From assembly GCA_963803705.1 (NCBI GenBank), contig CAWDNU010000003.1, positions 192,001-256,000 of the forward strand: a stretch of 64,000 nt of DNA, given 5' to 3'. Below the pieces are notes generated by a model, which was not told the DNA's origin, did not search any database, and saw only the letters and a list, made by a program, of their open reading frames with translations. The DNA comes from an uncultured Pseudobdellovibrionaceae bacterium (GTDB lineage: Bacteria > Bdellovibrionota > Bdellovibrionia > Bdellovibrionales > UBA1609). Made by a program: the position numbers and the translations under genes. Below are positions 19,726 through 29,234 of this stretch, piece after piece (position 1 is the first letter of the stretch; every line of letters starts with the position of its first letter).

Positions 19726-21243
19726 TTAAACGCTTTTAAACATTTCCAAAGCTTTTTTGCGCTGTTCAGAGTGATCAACTATTGGGCTGGGATATTTATC
19801 AGATCGTTCAGCAGACTCGTCGTGAATATTTTTTGGGTCAGTATCTTTTAGCTCAGGAATATATTCTTTAATATATTTGGCATCGGGGTCAAATTTCTTA
19901 CTCTGGCTCCATGGGTTAAAGATTCTAAAATAGGGTTGAGGATCACAACCTGTTGAAGCTGCCCACTGCCACCCTCCATTGTTGGGGGCCAAGTCGCCAT
20001 CTAACAAAGTCTCCATAAAATACTTTTCGCCCCAACGCCAATCAATATGTAAATCTTTAGTTAAAAACGAAGCCACTATCATTCGGACTCGATTATGCAT
20101 CCAGCCCGTCTTGTTAAGCTCTCGCATCCCAGCATCAACAATCGGGAAGCCAGTTTGACCAGTCTTCCAAGCATCAAACCATATCTTGTTGTTTTGCCAT
20201 TTAAGTTTTTTATATTTCGAATTGAAAGACTCTTTTTCAACCTCTGGATTTCTATATAAAATATGGTAATAAAACTCTCTCCAAACTAATTCGCTATAGA
20301 ATTTTTGCATATCAGTTTGAGGTTTTTTTTCATAGGGCACTAGGTTTAGATAAGATATGGCTTGAGCCGTTGTTATACTGCCATTTTTCAAGAACATTGA
20401 CAGTCTTGATGTTCCGTTCAAACTTGGAATGTCACGATTATCGGCATAGTCTTTAATAACTTTTTTAAAGTCATCAAGCCTTTCAAAAGCTTCGGCTGTG
20501 CCACTTTTGGGTATTTCAATATTAACATTTTTCTTATTTTTTTTGCTAAAGTCATCTAAACTATCTTTAAAATCTTTTGATTTAGAATCAAAAATATTTG
20601 CCCATTTGAGTTTAAACACTTTTTCAATTTTTTTGTTGGACCTGACTCTTTCCACATAATCTAAACCTAAATTTGCTTTTTGCACTCTAGACATAATATC
20701 ATTATCTTCAGTTATATGTTCCATCCACTTTCTGGCAAACGGCGAATAAACTTGATAGCCATCAGTGTTCGACCCATTTTTGACCAGCTCATGTGGTTCA
20801 ATAATTAGATGATCCCTAAAGTTTTTATTGTTGATCTCCTTATCATTTAAAATGTCTTTTATTTTAGAGTCTCGTTGTCTAGCGAAGGGCTCGTAATCTC
20901 TGTTCCAAGATACAAGATTTAGCTTATAATTATCTAAGGAATCAAAGTGTTTTAGGATGTTTTTAAAGCCTTTTTCGGGATCTTCATTTAAGACAAGTAA
21001 GTCTCCACCAAGATTTTGAAGTTCTTTTTTTAAGGACATTAGCGTCTCTAGAAAAAATTGAAACCGATTACAGCCGAAGTCAGGACGAGATAAAAATTTA
21101 TCATCAAAACAAAAAAGCCCCAATGTGAAGCCCTTGCTTTCCTGACAGTTGTATTTTAAACCGGGATTTCCAGCGACTCGCAAGTCTCTTCTAAACCAGT
21201 GAATTCCTACGTTTTGATTTGGTTTTTTGGCCATATAACTCAC
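19726..21243 (-). CDS. phr: Deoxyribodipyrimidine photolyase (class I)
   Basis: WFRRDLR, TGFPIVDAGMREL, GWMHNRVRMIVASFLTK, NNGGWQWAASTG, RIFNP. Confidence 0.93.
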   Translation of the reverse strand: MSYMAKKPNQNVGIHWFRRDLRVAGNPGLKYNCQESKGFTLGLFCFDDKFLSRPDFGCNRFQFFLETLMSLKKELQNLGGDLLVLNEDPEKGFKNILKHFDSLDNYKLNLVSWNRDYEPFARQRDSKIKDILNDKEINNKNFRDHLIIEPHELVKNGSNTDGYQVYSPFARKWMEHITEDNDIMSRVQKANLGLDYVERVRSNKKIEKVFKLKWANIFDSKSKDFKDSLDDFSKKNKKNVNIEIPKSGTAEAFERLDDFKKVIKDYADNRDIPSLNGTSRLSMFLKNGSITTAQAISYLNLVPYEKKPQTDMQKFYSELVWREFYYHILYRNPEVEKESFNSKYKKLKWQNNKIWFDAWKTGQTGFPIVDAGMRELNKTGWMHNRVRMIVASFLTKDLHIDWRWGEKYFMETLLDGDLAPNNGGWQWAASTGCDPQPYFRIFNPWSQSKKFDPDAKYIKEYIPELKDTDPKNIHDESAERSDKYPSPIVDHSEQRKKALEMFKSV

Positions 21244-21564
21244 TTCACTTTGATGTACGAAATTTGCGGAGAAAGCTAAACAGAAAAGCTTTTGGTCGCT
21301 AGTCCGGATTATTTTAAGAATTTATAGATTTAAATGTAATTCAAATCTTCGTTTTATTTAATTAAATTGAGCGAATTAAAACCCTTTTTAGTTTATTTAC
21401 TTGCAAAGAAACATAATAAATTGAAAAAATCTTTAGATTCAATTGAAGTTGTTTTAAGCGAAGGCGAGCACAAAACGAATTCTTTGAAGATAAAGTAGCA
21501 AAAACCTAGATCAATCTTCCACAGGTCCTAAACTAAAAGTTGGCAAATACCGACAAGTCTAGCT

Positions 21565-22251
21565 GTGAATCGGTCCTTTAGTATGTTTTTTTTAATTTGC
21601 TGTTCATTTTCTACGACGTTCTTCTACCAGAACTGCGCCGAAATGAAGAGCTCTTCTGAAATAGCTATGGACGATATTGAATACCTACCGCTTTTTACCA
21701 ATCAGCTTCAGCTATTCGAGCTAGCTGCACAAAACCCTAACTGTTCTAAGATTAACGAAGTTCTTTACTCGAAATCTCATAACCTTTGTTTTGAAGTGGA
21801 TGACTCGTGTTCTTATTCATTGCTTGTGAAAAATGGATTTACACCTGTGGATAAAAGTTTGGGCCAAAAAGCCAAATTGCTTAGTGGCGAAAGCGAATTA
21901 GATATAGCTTATGATCCGCTACCGCCAACTGACGGTGATGAGCTGAGCTTCGCAAGTCAGCTTGAGGCTGCAAAAGACGATAACCAAGTAATGGATCTGC
22001 ACGATTTAGTTAAAAGCTGCCAGCTATTTGTTAGTATAAATGATTTGAAACCCTCTGATTTTAGAATCCAAAGATTAGATAGTTTTAACTATAAACCAGA
22101 TCCTCATAGCCTTTGCTCGATGCAGATAGAGCCTATGGTTAATTTTAAAAGCAGAACTTGTCTGCTGGCTACCGATGGTTGCCAAAGTAGCTTTGCGAAA
22201 GATCAAGGGTTTGTAAAAGACTACTACTCTATTTGCCCTCATAGCATTTAA
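21565..22251 (+). CDS. Cys-rich lipoprotein with YQNC lipobox variant
   Basis: Hydrophobic N-terminus ending FFYQNC; internal duplicated C-x-DxC-x-GF module. Confidence 0.7.
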   Translation: MNRSFSMFFLICCSFSTTFFYQNCAEMKSSSEIAMDDIEYLPLFTNQLQLFELAAQNPNCSKINEVLYSKSHNLCFEVDDSCSYSLLVKNGFTPVDKSLGQKAKLLSGESELDIAYDPLPPTDGDELSFASQLEAAKDDNQVMDLHDLVKSCQLFVSINDLKPSDFRIQRLDSFNYKPDPHSLCSMQIEPMVNFKSRTCLLATDGCQSSFAKDQGFVKDYYSICPHSI

Positions 22252-22627
22252 AAAAGCAGACATGGTAAAACCTAGCGATGATCTAAGTCACATCAAGTAG
22301 CTAATCCAACCCATCTGTCATAGTTATTTTAGTGATATATCTTTTACGATTAAGTAAAAACTTCATGGTTCACCATTAACTAATACTATAGCGACAGTTT
22401 TTTCGTGAGAGTGATTAAATTATAAATGGCTAGTTATTAAGCAAATACTTAAATTATTATAAACGTTTAAATGCCTTTGTTTTTGCTTATTTTATCCCCT
22501 GAACTTACAAAAATTACCCATTTCCAAATTAATCGCAGCTGAGCAGGTTAATATAAGATTTACTTATGGCAAATATTTAATTTAATAATTTTACAACCTT
22601 CTTAAAAAAACTTACAAACCTAGGCTT

Positions 22628-23632
22628 ATGGTAAACCAAAGCCCCAAGTTCAATTACAGAAAAGTTGAAAATCTGCATATTTTTGTGCCCAATTTTTGCA
22701 GAATGATATTCGTGGATCGTAAATTGTTTTTTCTAGTTTTAGCTTTTGTAGGTTTTGCAGGTTTAGGCCAAAATGCCTTCTCGGCTCAAACTACAAAGAA
22801 AACTATTAAGAAAACGGTAAGAAAGAAAGGTGCTTTAAAAAAAGAAGAAAAAGAAGTTATTAGCAAAAATTTAACTCCCGCCGAGCAGCAACGTTTATCT
22901 AGTAAAAAATGGAGCTTTATCCTGGGCACCTCAGCCTTTAGGTCCCGCGACGAGCTATCAGATTATTTTGGAAGTGTAAGCGGGTCTATGGCTTACAAAG
23001 TGCATTCAAAACTTCTTTTAACGTCTAGTTTGCAGTATGAATATATCACTTATAAAAGTGGAGGGGCTTTTTTAGTTAACCAAGATAATCCTCGTAACTT
23101 CGGTTTTGGGGATCTAAGATTAGGTTTTTCAGCTCCAAGAATATTCAATCTTCCCAACATTAAGTCTTTCGTCAACTTTTCAGGTGGTATCAACTTGCCC
23201 ACTTCAACTAATTCACTGGATGCGGGCCAATATTACTCTTCAAACTTTACTGTTTCTATGATCTCGTTCGTAACTCCTAAGTTTTTGATTAATAGTTACA
23301 GTTCGATATTACATGCCGCACATCAATTTGAAGAGGCTAATGCAACAGGCTCGCTGTTAAATTCTCCGTTTGGATTAAGAGCGGGTGCAAATTTATCTTA
23401 TAATTTGATCAAAGGTCTAACTGCTTTTTCGGGTTACGACTTGAATGCCAGATTTGAATACAGCAACGGAGTTAGGAATATTCAAACTTTTTCAGCAGGT
23501 TTACAGTACGCATTCACTGATAAGATTTATTTTAGTGGTTCAACCGTATGGAGAGACGAGCTGATATCTAATGACGTGGTTTTTGATGATGACAAAAGTT
23601 TTTATTCTATAGGTGTTGATTACATTCTATGA
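22628..23632 (+). CDS. Putative outer-membrane beta-barrel (module 1)
   Basis: Signal peptide (GQNAFSA), alternating amphipathic strands, C-terminal YSIGVDYIL; true start probably 22703 or 22712. Confidence 0.75.
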   Translation: MVNQSPKFNYRKVENLHIFVPNFCRMIFVDRKLFFLVLAFVGFAGLGQNAFSAQTTKKTIKKTVRKKGALKKEEKEVISKNLTPAEQQRLSSKKWSFILGTSAFRSRDELSDYFGSVSGSMAYKVHSKLLLTSSLQYEYITYKSGGAFLVNQDNPRNFGFGDLRLGFSAPRIFNLPNIKSFVNFSGGINLPTSTNSLDAGQYYSSNFTVSMISFVTPKFLINSYSSILHAAHQFEEANATGSLLNSPFGLRAGANLSYNLIKGLTAFSGYDLNARFEYSNGVRNIQTFSAGLQYAFTDKIYFSGSTVWRDELISNDVVFDDDKSFYSIGVDYIL

Positions 23633-23661
23633 TTTTTCAGAACGAAAGAAGGACGGAATTT

Positions 23662-26600
23662 ATGTGTGTTAAGGTAAAGCAACTTGTATACATTTTGGCG
23701 ATATTAAATTTAGCAGCTTGTGTAAAATCTAGGCCTGATATTTATGCGCCTGGAATTAGCGATCCGACTCAATTTATACCTATCGATGGTGCGATTAAGG
23801 CTATCGATGAGAAAGCTGGTCTCGAACCGGGTGTTGCTAATAATCACAAGTTAGTAACTGGATCTTCAGTTTCAAGAGGGGATACTATCGATGCACAGAG
23901 TGTCAGATTGAATGGTGCAGGTTTTAAATTCCCAGTGTTCGTTGATTTTAAAACAAACGCACCTTTGTTGAAAGAGAATTTAGATGAAATTAAAATCTTT
24001 GGTTTGCCTGACAAAGAGTATTCACTATTTTACGAGTTTACGCCTAAACATCTAAAGATTTACAAAGTAACGCCAGAAGACGAGCTCACACACTATGAAA
24101 AGCCTATTAGCAAACAATCTTCAGATGGGAAATGGTTAGTTCCGATAGGTGGATACGAGGTAAGTTACTTTAAAGCATTCAAGGAGCCAGACGCAGACAA
24201 CAGGGCTACAAATATTAAAAACTTCAAAGAGGTTGCGCCTGAAAACTATAAGAGCCTAGCTACCCACTTTACCTACGATAGTAAGAGTTTCGTTCTTTTC
24301 GAGGTAGCCGAAGATAAGACAAATATTTACCCTTCTGATTACTTTGACGGGGACTGGTACTTTGCAACTACAATCGTATCAACGAAGCCTGGTGAAGAGT
24401 CTAACTTGGGTTATTTTGATTCATCTATTGATGCGTCACTTCGAAAAAATGCGACTCGGGTGAAATTTGTCAGAAGCCTAGAGTTTCTTCGAGCAGTAAA
24501 TACAGTTATTGATTCTAGGATCGAGGTTTCGGACGATCAACTTGATGATGTTATTAATATTCCTGCTAAGTGGTTGGACTATACTGTCTACAAAACTGAC
24601 GGTTACGAAGAGCTAAAAGAAGAGATTGATAATTCAACGGACTACAAGAACCGACCATTTGTTAGACTAGATTTTAAGATGACAAAAAGTTTAATCGTTG
24701 CCGATAACTCTCAATTAGATGACTATTTTAATGGTTTAGAAGTGAGTGATGTTAGCTACGCTAAAGACACTTTTAGTTTTACTTTGCTCAGAATTTCAAC
24801 GGGTGTGAAAAGAAAGTATTCTTTTCAGCGTATTCCAGAAAAGAACGACTATAAGCCGATGGTGTACTCAATTGATGACTCGAAAATATATGGCTACTTC
24901 GCAACTAAGATTGAAAGGCTTTTAGATATAGGTCTTCATCGAAGAACGGACTATGAACAAAACTTACTTGCTAACAGGTTCAACCCAAAAAAAGATATAG
25001 TATTCAGATTTTCTAAGCAAACACCTACCGCTGGAACAACCGACTTTTACGGACTTAAAATTGATTATAGAAAAATAGGTGAAAATTCGGTTAAATATTG
25101 GAACCAAGCCTTCAAAGTGATTGGTGCTCCAAATGAAATCCGTTTAGATAAATCTGTCGAAAATGAACTTGGTGACTTCGATGCCAACACCATTAACATT
25201 ATCACTAACTTAGCGGCTGATGGATCCGGCGGAGTCGGACCTACCATTGCAGATCCCATGACCGGTGAAATAATCAATGGCACGGTTAACGTTTATACTG
25301 CGACCACCATTGCTGGAACTAGCAATGATTTAAGAGATTTATTGAAAATAGAGCGTGGATTAGTCAATGATACAGTTTTTTCTAGAGCGATAAGAGAGCG
25401 AGGAATCAAACCTGGTTTCAGAAAAGAAGTAGATTACCTATGTCCTGAAATCATTAAGTTCGCTAAAAAAACCAAGGGTCAGCTGTTAGAAAACTCTGAA
25501 GCTGAAAACAAGGTCGTTTTTTCATGTTTAGAAAAAATTGTTCCTAAAAGAATCGAAGCTATCGTGACCCATGAGATGGGTCACACTTTAGGCTTAAGAC
25601 ATAACTTTTACGGCTCTTTTGATAAGAAAAACTCCTTTCAAACCATTTCGGATTTGGAATCAATCTATCCAAGAAACGAATTTCCAGATCTGTACGCTCA
25701 AAATTTGCCGAAAGATGATGAGTCTATGCTTCTGAATTACAGTTCTATTATGGACTACTTTAATGTTTGGTTTAGATCTGATGAGGGAGTTTCACTTTCA
25801 GTGCCTTCAGCTTACGATATTTCAGCACTGGCCTATTTATATATGCATAAACTTCCCCTTGATGGTCCAAAATTATTTAACGGTTATGTAAAACTTGATC
25901 CAGAAAAGGATATTGGCGAAAACCTGGCTAGCGGAATTAAAAATTCACGCAGCACTTTATATTGCAAAGATGAACAGGCCCTAAACAGAACTAAGCCGCC
26001 TGCCATAATTGATTCGGGCTGTGCGCTTCACGATAAGGGTCAAACTTATACAGAAATACTTGATTACTACTTTAATTCAATGAGGGACAGTCTTCTAATC
26101 GAGTCCAAGAAACTTGACAGCATTGTACTTTCAAATCCGAAAGGCTTTGTTATGCAAAGAATCACCTTTATGGGGGTGGTATATATGGATTGGAGGTTTA
26201 AGCTTTCAAAACTTATGTCTGACCCCACAAATACAAGACTTATTGGTTACTCCCCGCAGAGTTTCAATGATCTGTTGAGTAAAGTTAAAAGTAGCGATAC
26301 TAGGATTAAAGATGATGCTAATTTATCGAAAAGATATTTTGATTATCTTACCGAAATTTCGGACATGTCCAACTATTACTGCATAACCAAGAATGATGCC
26401 GATGAGGTTAACATTCGGGAATTTTCTATACTACAAAAGAAGTTGATCAACTTCACACCTGACAGCCAGATTGAATCTTGCAACGATTCAATTATAGCTG
26501 AAAAGTTAGAGGGCGAACAGGTTATAGGCAGTATGGGTCTACCAATAAAACCAATACAATTTTCGCAAAAACCTGAAGACTCGTCAGAAAGCTTTGATGT

Positions 26601-27666
26601 TCTAGGAGTAGGTGAAATAAGAGAACACGCAGTATTGCATTTAGGAGTTTTGCCACCACTGCTATACTTCAACGCGATCAACGGTTTTGCGCCAAGTATT
26701 TTAGATGAACCGGCCCTTTATCAAAATTATAAACGAAAAGTTGAAAGCCGCATTTTAGATGGTTTAAACATAACTGACCAACTTAATTATGCCCTAGAGA
26801 TCTTAGACACTGACTTGAAGGTTCCAAGTCGAAAGCGTTTTAACAAGTACATCGAGGAAAATAGCATTTACGACAAAGCTTTTGTAACGCTTGTTAATTC
26901 AAATTCAGGCACTGATTCTTCAGGGTCGAAGCGTAATCAGCTTATTGACTTTGATATGGGCAAGACTTCGAACGTTAGAGATATTCCTGCCTTAGCAACC
27001 AGTGTTAATATCTCCAATGTTTACTTCTACGCCTTACCTAATAGCACATGGAGCGTGAACCTGATTAACCGGTACAAGCAAATCAATAACCCAGGTGATA
27101 TTGATATTGGGATAGTTAGTCCAGAGTTAAAAGCCGTTTTCGATATGTTAGTCACAACCGCTGAAGACCTGCCTGTTTATGAAAGAGAAAATTATGTTCT
27201 TAGCTTAGAGACTTTAGGTCAGTTTATGCAAAAAATGAGTAACGTGCGTCAGCAAAACCAGTCCAACTCCCTGGCTGTTTCGGAATTAAATCTAGCTTTT
27301 GGAAACTATATGGAAGGGGCGTATAATCTTAGTCAGTTATTCAGATCTGAGCAGATCAATCAGACCACTGGCCAGGATGAATTTATCTTTAAGGGAGAGC
27401 CCTTATCTGTGGCTAAACTTACTAACTATGTAGAAAAGTTACGCTTAGAGGGCTTGTCAGAACAGCTACAAGCTGAGATGGGTTTTAAAGCACCGCTTAC
27501 CCAAGAGGCAGTGCTTGGAAACTATTTAAGACAAAAAGATCCAAGCACCTATAGCTACTGGCAGACAAAGTTTGAGCAAAATGCTGAAGATTTAACGGAT
27601 TTCGAGGTTGAAGAGCTTACAGCTTACAAAGCCTATTTGGAAAATAGAATTGGCGCTGGAAGATAA
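23662..27666 (+). CDS. Giant lipoprotein zinc metalloprotease (Met-zincin, EcxA-like), module 1
   Basis: Lipobox LAAC; GPTIADPMTGEI; HEMGHTLGLRHNF; Met-turn SSIMDY; YDISAL. Track start 23629. Confidence 0.88.
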   Translation: MCVKVKQLVYILAILNLAACVKSRPDIYAPGISDPTQFIPIDGAIKAIDEKAGLEPGVANNHKLVTGSSVSRGDTIDAQSVRLNGAGFKFPVFVDFKTNAPLLKENLDEIKIFGLPDKEYSLFYEFTPKHLKIYKVTPEDELTHYEKPISKQSSDGKWLVPIGGYEVSYFKAFKEPDADNRATNIKNFKEVAPENYKSLATHFTYDSKSFVLFEVAEDKTNIYPSDYFDGDWYFATTIVSTKPGEESNLGYFDSSIDASLRKNATRVKFVRSLEFLRAVNTVIDSRIEVSDDQLDDVINIPAKWLDYTVYKTDGYEELKEEIDNSTDYKNRPFVRLDFKMTKSLIVADNSQLDDYFNGLEVSDVSYAKDTFSFTLLRISTGVKRKYSFQRIPEKNDYKPMVYSIDDSKIYGYFATKIERLLDIGLHRRTDYEQNLLANRFNPKKDIVFRFSKQTPTAGTTDFYGLKIDYRKIGENSVKYWNQAFKVIGAPNEIRLDKSVENELGDFDANTINIITNLAADGSGGVGPTIADPMTGEIINGTVNVYTATTIAGTSNDLRDLLKIERGLVNDTVFSRAIRERGIKPGFRKEVDYLCPEIIKFAKKTKGQLLENSEAENKVVFSCLEKIVPKRIEAIVTHEMGHTLGLRHNFYGSFDKKNSFQTISDLESIYPRNEFPDLYAQNLPKDDESMLLNYSSIMDYFNVWFRSDEGVSLSVPSAYDISALAYLYMHKLPLDGPKLFNGYVKLDPEKDIGENLASGIKNSRSTLYCKDEQALNRTKPPAIIDSGCALHDKGQTYTEILDYYFNSMRDSLLIESKKLDSIVLSNPKGFVMQRITFMGVVYMDWRFKLSKLMSDPTNTRLIGYSPQSFNDLLSKVKSSDTRIKDDANLSKRYFDYLTEISDMSNYYCITKNDADEVNIREFSILQKKLINFTPDSQIESCNDSIIAEKLEGEQVIGSMGLPIKPIQFSQKPEDSSESFDVLGVGEIREHAVLHLGVLPPLLYFNAINGFAPSILDEPALYQNYKRKVESRILDGLNITDQLNYALEILDTDLKVPSRKRFNKYIEENSIYDKAFVTLVNSNSGTDSSGSKRNQLIDFDMGKTSNVRDIPALATSVNISNVYFYALPNSTWSVNLINRYKQINNPGDIDIGIVSPELKAVFDMLVTTAEDLPVYERENYVLSLETLGQFMQKMSNVRQQNQSNSLAVSELNLAFGNYMEGAYNLSQLFRSEQINQTTGQDEFIFKGEPLSVAKLTNYVEKLRLEGLSEQLQAEMGFKAPLTQEAVLGNYLRQKDPSTYSYWQTKFEQNAEDLTDFEVEELTAYKAYLENRIGAGR

Positions 27667-27720
27667 TCATAGACGATTTTAAAAAATTCTACTTAGAGTT
27701 TAAAAAAGCCCAAGTTACAC

Positions 27721-27745
27721 TGATCTGCATCCCAAAAGTGGGACA
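27721..27745 (+). mobile_element. Orphan IS3-family-like terminal inverted repeat
   Basis: TGATCTGCATCCCAAAAGTGGGACA resembles IS150/IS861-type ends (recalled pattern TGAACTGCACCCCAAAAGTTAGACA); no partner end or transposase seen. Confidence 0.5.
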
Positions 27746-27752
27746 TACAAAA

Positions 27753-27782
27753 AAAGCCTCATCTGCGACAGGATGGGGCTTT
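27753..27782. terminator. Intrinsic terminator-like hairpin
   Basis: AAAGCCTCATC-loop-GATGGGGCTTT flanked by A and T runs. Confidence 0.6.
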
Positions 27783-27973
27783 GCTTTATGTGGAGTGCCG
27801 CAGACAAGTAAGCTTAATAGATCTAGACAATCGATAATTCATCAGTAGATCTTATTGATGTCTGTCATATAATAAAATCTTATATATAAACCAAATTCAT
27901 ACGATTGTACTTAGCCTTTTGTAAGAGCTAGCTTATTAATGGGATTAATAAGCTGGGAGGGGGGCCTTTTACA

Positions 27974-29203
27974 GTGGTAGATACAGGATGTATCAGTGAA
28001 GTTGATAGTGGAGTCAACAAAGTTGGAAAGGGATATTCCAATTCAGAGATCAGTCTAAACTCTGATCTAGAGCGAAATCCAACCGTCGGTCTAAAATCTA
28101 ATTCGACTGACATGACAAACATCAATGCAACTTCTGACAGAAAAGTCGACTTTAAGAAGTTAACTTCAGTTGCTTTTAACAAGGCTATAAAAGAGTTTAA
28201 CAAAACGTCGAATCAAGAACTTACTAGCCAAACGTACAGTCTAAAATCTTATGAAGACTCTTCAAGTGTGATGATTTCGAACAAAAAAATAAGGCCCTTA
28301 GACTTAGATCCCTTAGGTTCGAAAACACTTGCTTTAAGCTTTATAGAAATTTTTCTTATTAATCGCAAATTTTTACTACTGTTTTTATTTGATTGTATTA
28401 AAATCGTAGTTTTTTTATTTATTCTTTTATTTATTTACACTAAAGCCAATGCACAAACTTTGGAAGAGCAAAGGTTGCGTTCAAAATCACCTTGGAACTT
28501 TATCAATGACATTACTTTGGACACAAACGCCCAAAACTTAAATGCTATTGATAATTCTAGCGGCGCAACATACACCGCCGGTTTTCGCTACTCATTAGGG
28601 AAAAAAAGAAATCTTTGGGCTTTTGGCAGAGCCGCAAAAAGATTTTCAGGTGAAGAGCGATTTGATCTCTTGGATACCATAGTTCGAATAGAGCAAGTCC
28701 TAGATCAGAAAATTTTATCGATGGCTCCACGGGTTAGACTTGAAGCCGTTTTACCAACAAATGAGTTTGTTCATGAACAGACAAGCTTTGTTGGTGCTTT
28801 AGGAACTCAATTTAGGCTTACTAAGCCGCTACCCTATAAACTATTTTTAATATGGAGTAATAACTTAAGGTGGAATTTTCATAATTTCAGAGTCTCTGAA
28901 ACCGGAGTTCCAAACATTCAGACAACAGCTTCATCACTAATAAACCTATCTTATGCAGTGAACCCGAAGATTCAAACGTCACTTGGCTTGGGATGGTCGC
29001 TGGCTAAAAGCTATGAAAACAATCTAACAGATTTTTATTCTATTGATTTAAACGCTTCTTACGTATTTACGAACGAGTTAAGTTTTGTAGCGGGGTGGAC
29101 CACTGCAGGTAGTCCATTTACGGCCGATGGAAGAAACACAAATATAAAACTTTTTGACGAGAGGGATACAACTTTTTATTTCAGTTTTACACATTTTATG
29201 TAG
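27974..29203 (+). CDS. Putative outer-membrane beta-barrel (module 2)
   Basis: Signal-like segment IVVFLFILLFIYTKANA, amphipathic strands, C-terminal FYFSFTHFM; similar to barrel 1 (LPT, H.F...G..N, FD..FY). Start uncertain. Confidence 0.72.
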   Translation: MVDTGCISEVDSGVNKVGKGYSNSEISLNSDLERNPTVGLKSNSTDMTNINATSDRKVDFKKLTSVAFNKAIKEFNKTSNQELTSQTYSLKSYEDSSSVMISNKKIRPLDLDPLGSKTLALSFIEIFLINRKFLLLFLFDCIKIVVFLFILLFIYTKANAQTLEEQRLRSKSPWNFINDITLDTNAQNLNAIDNSSGATYTAGFRYSLGKKRNLWAFGRAAKRFSGEERFDLLDTIVRIEQVLDQKILSMAPRVRLEAVLPTNEFVHEQTSFVGALGTQFRLTKPLPYKLFLIWSNNLRWNFHNFRVSETGVPNIQTTASSLINLSYAVNPKIQTSLGLGWSLAKSYENNLTDFYSIDLNASYVFTNELSFVAGWTTAGSPFTADGRNTNIKLFDERDTTFYFSFTHFM

Positions 29204-29234
29204 TTTTAATTTAATTTGTTCTAGGGAGGGGATA

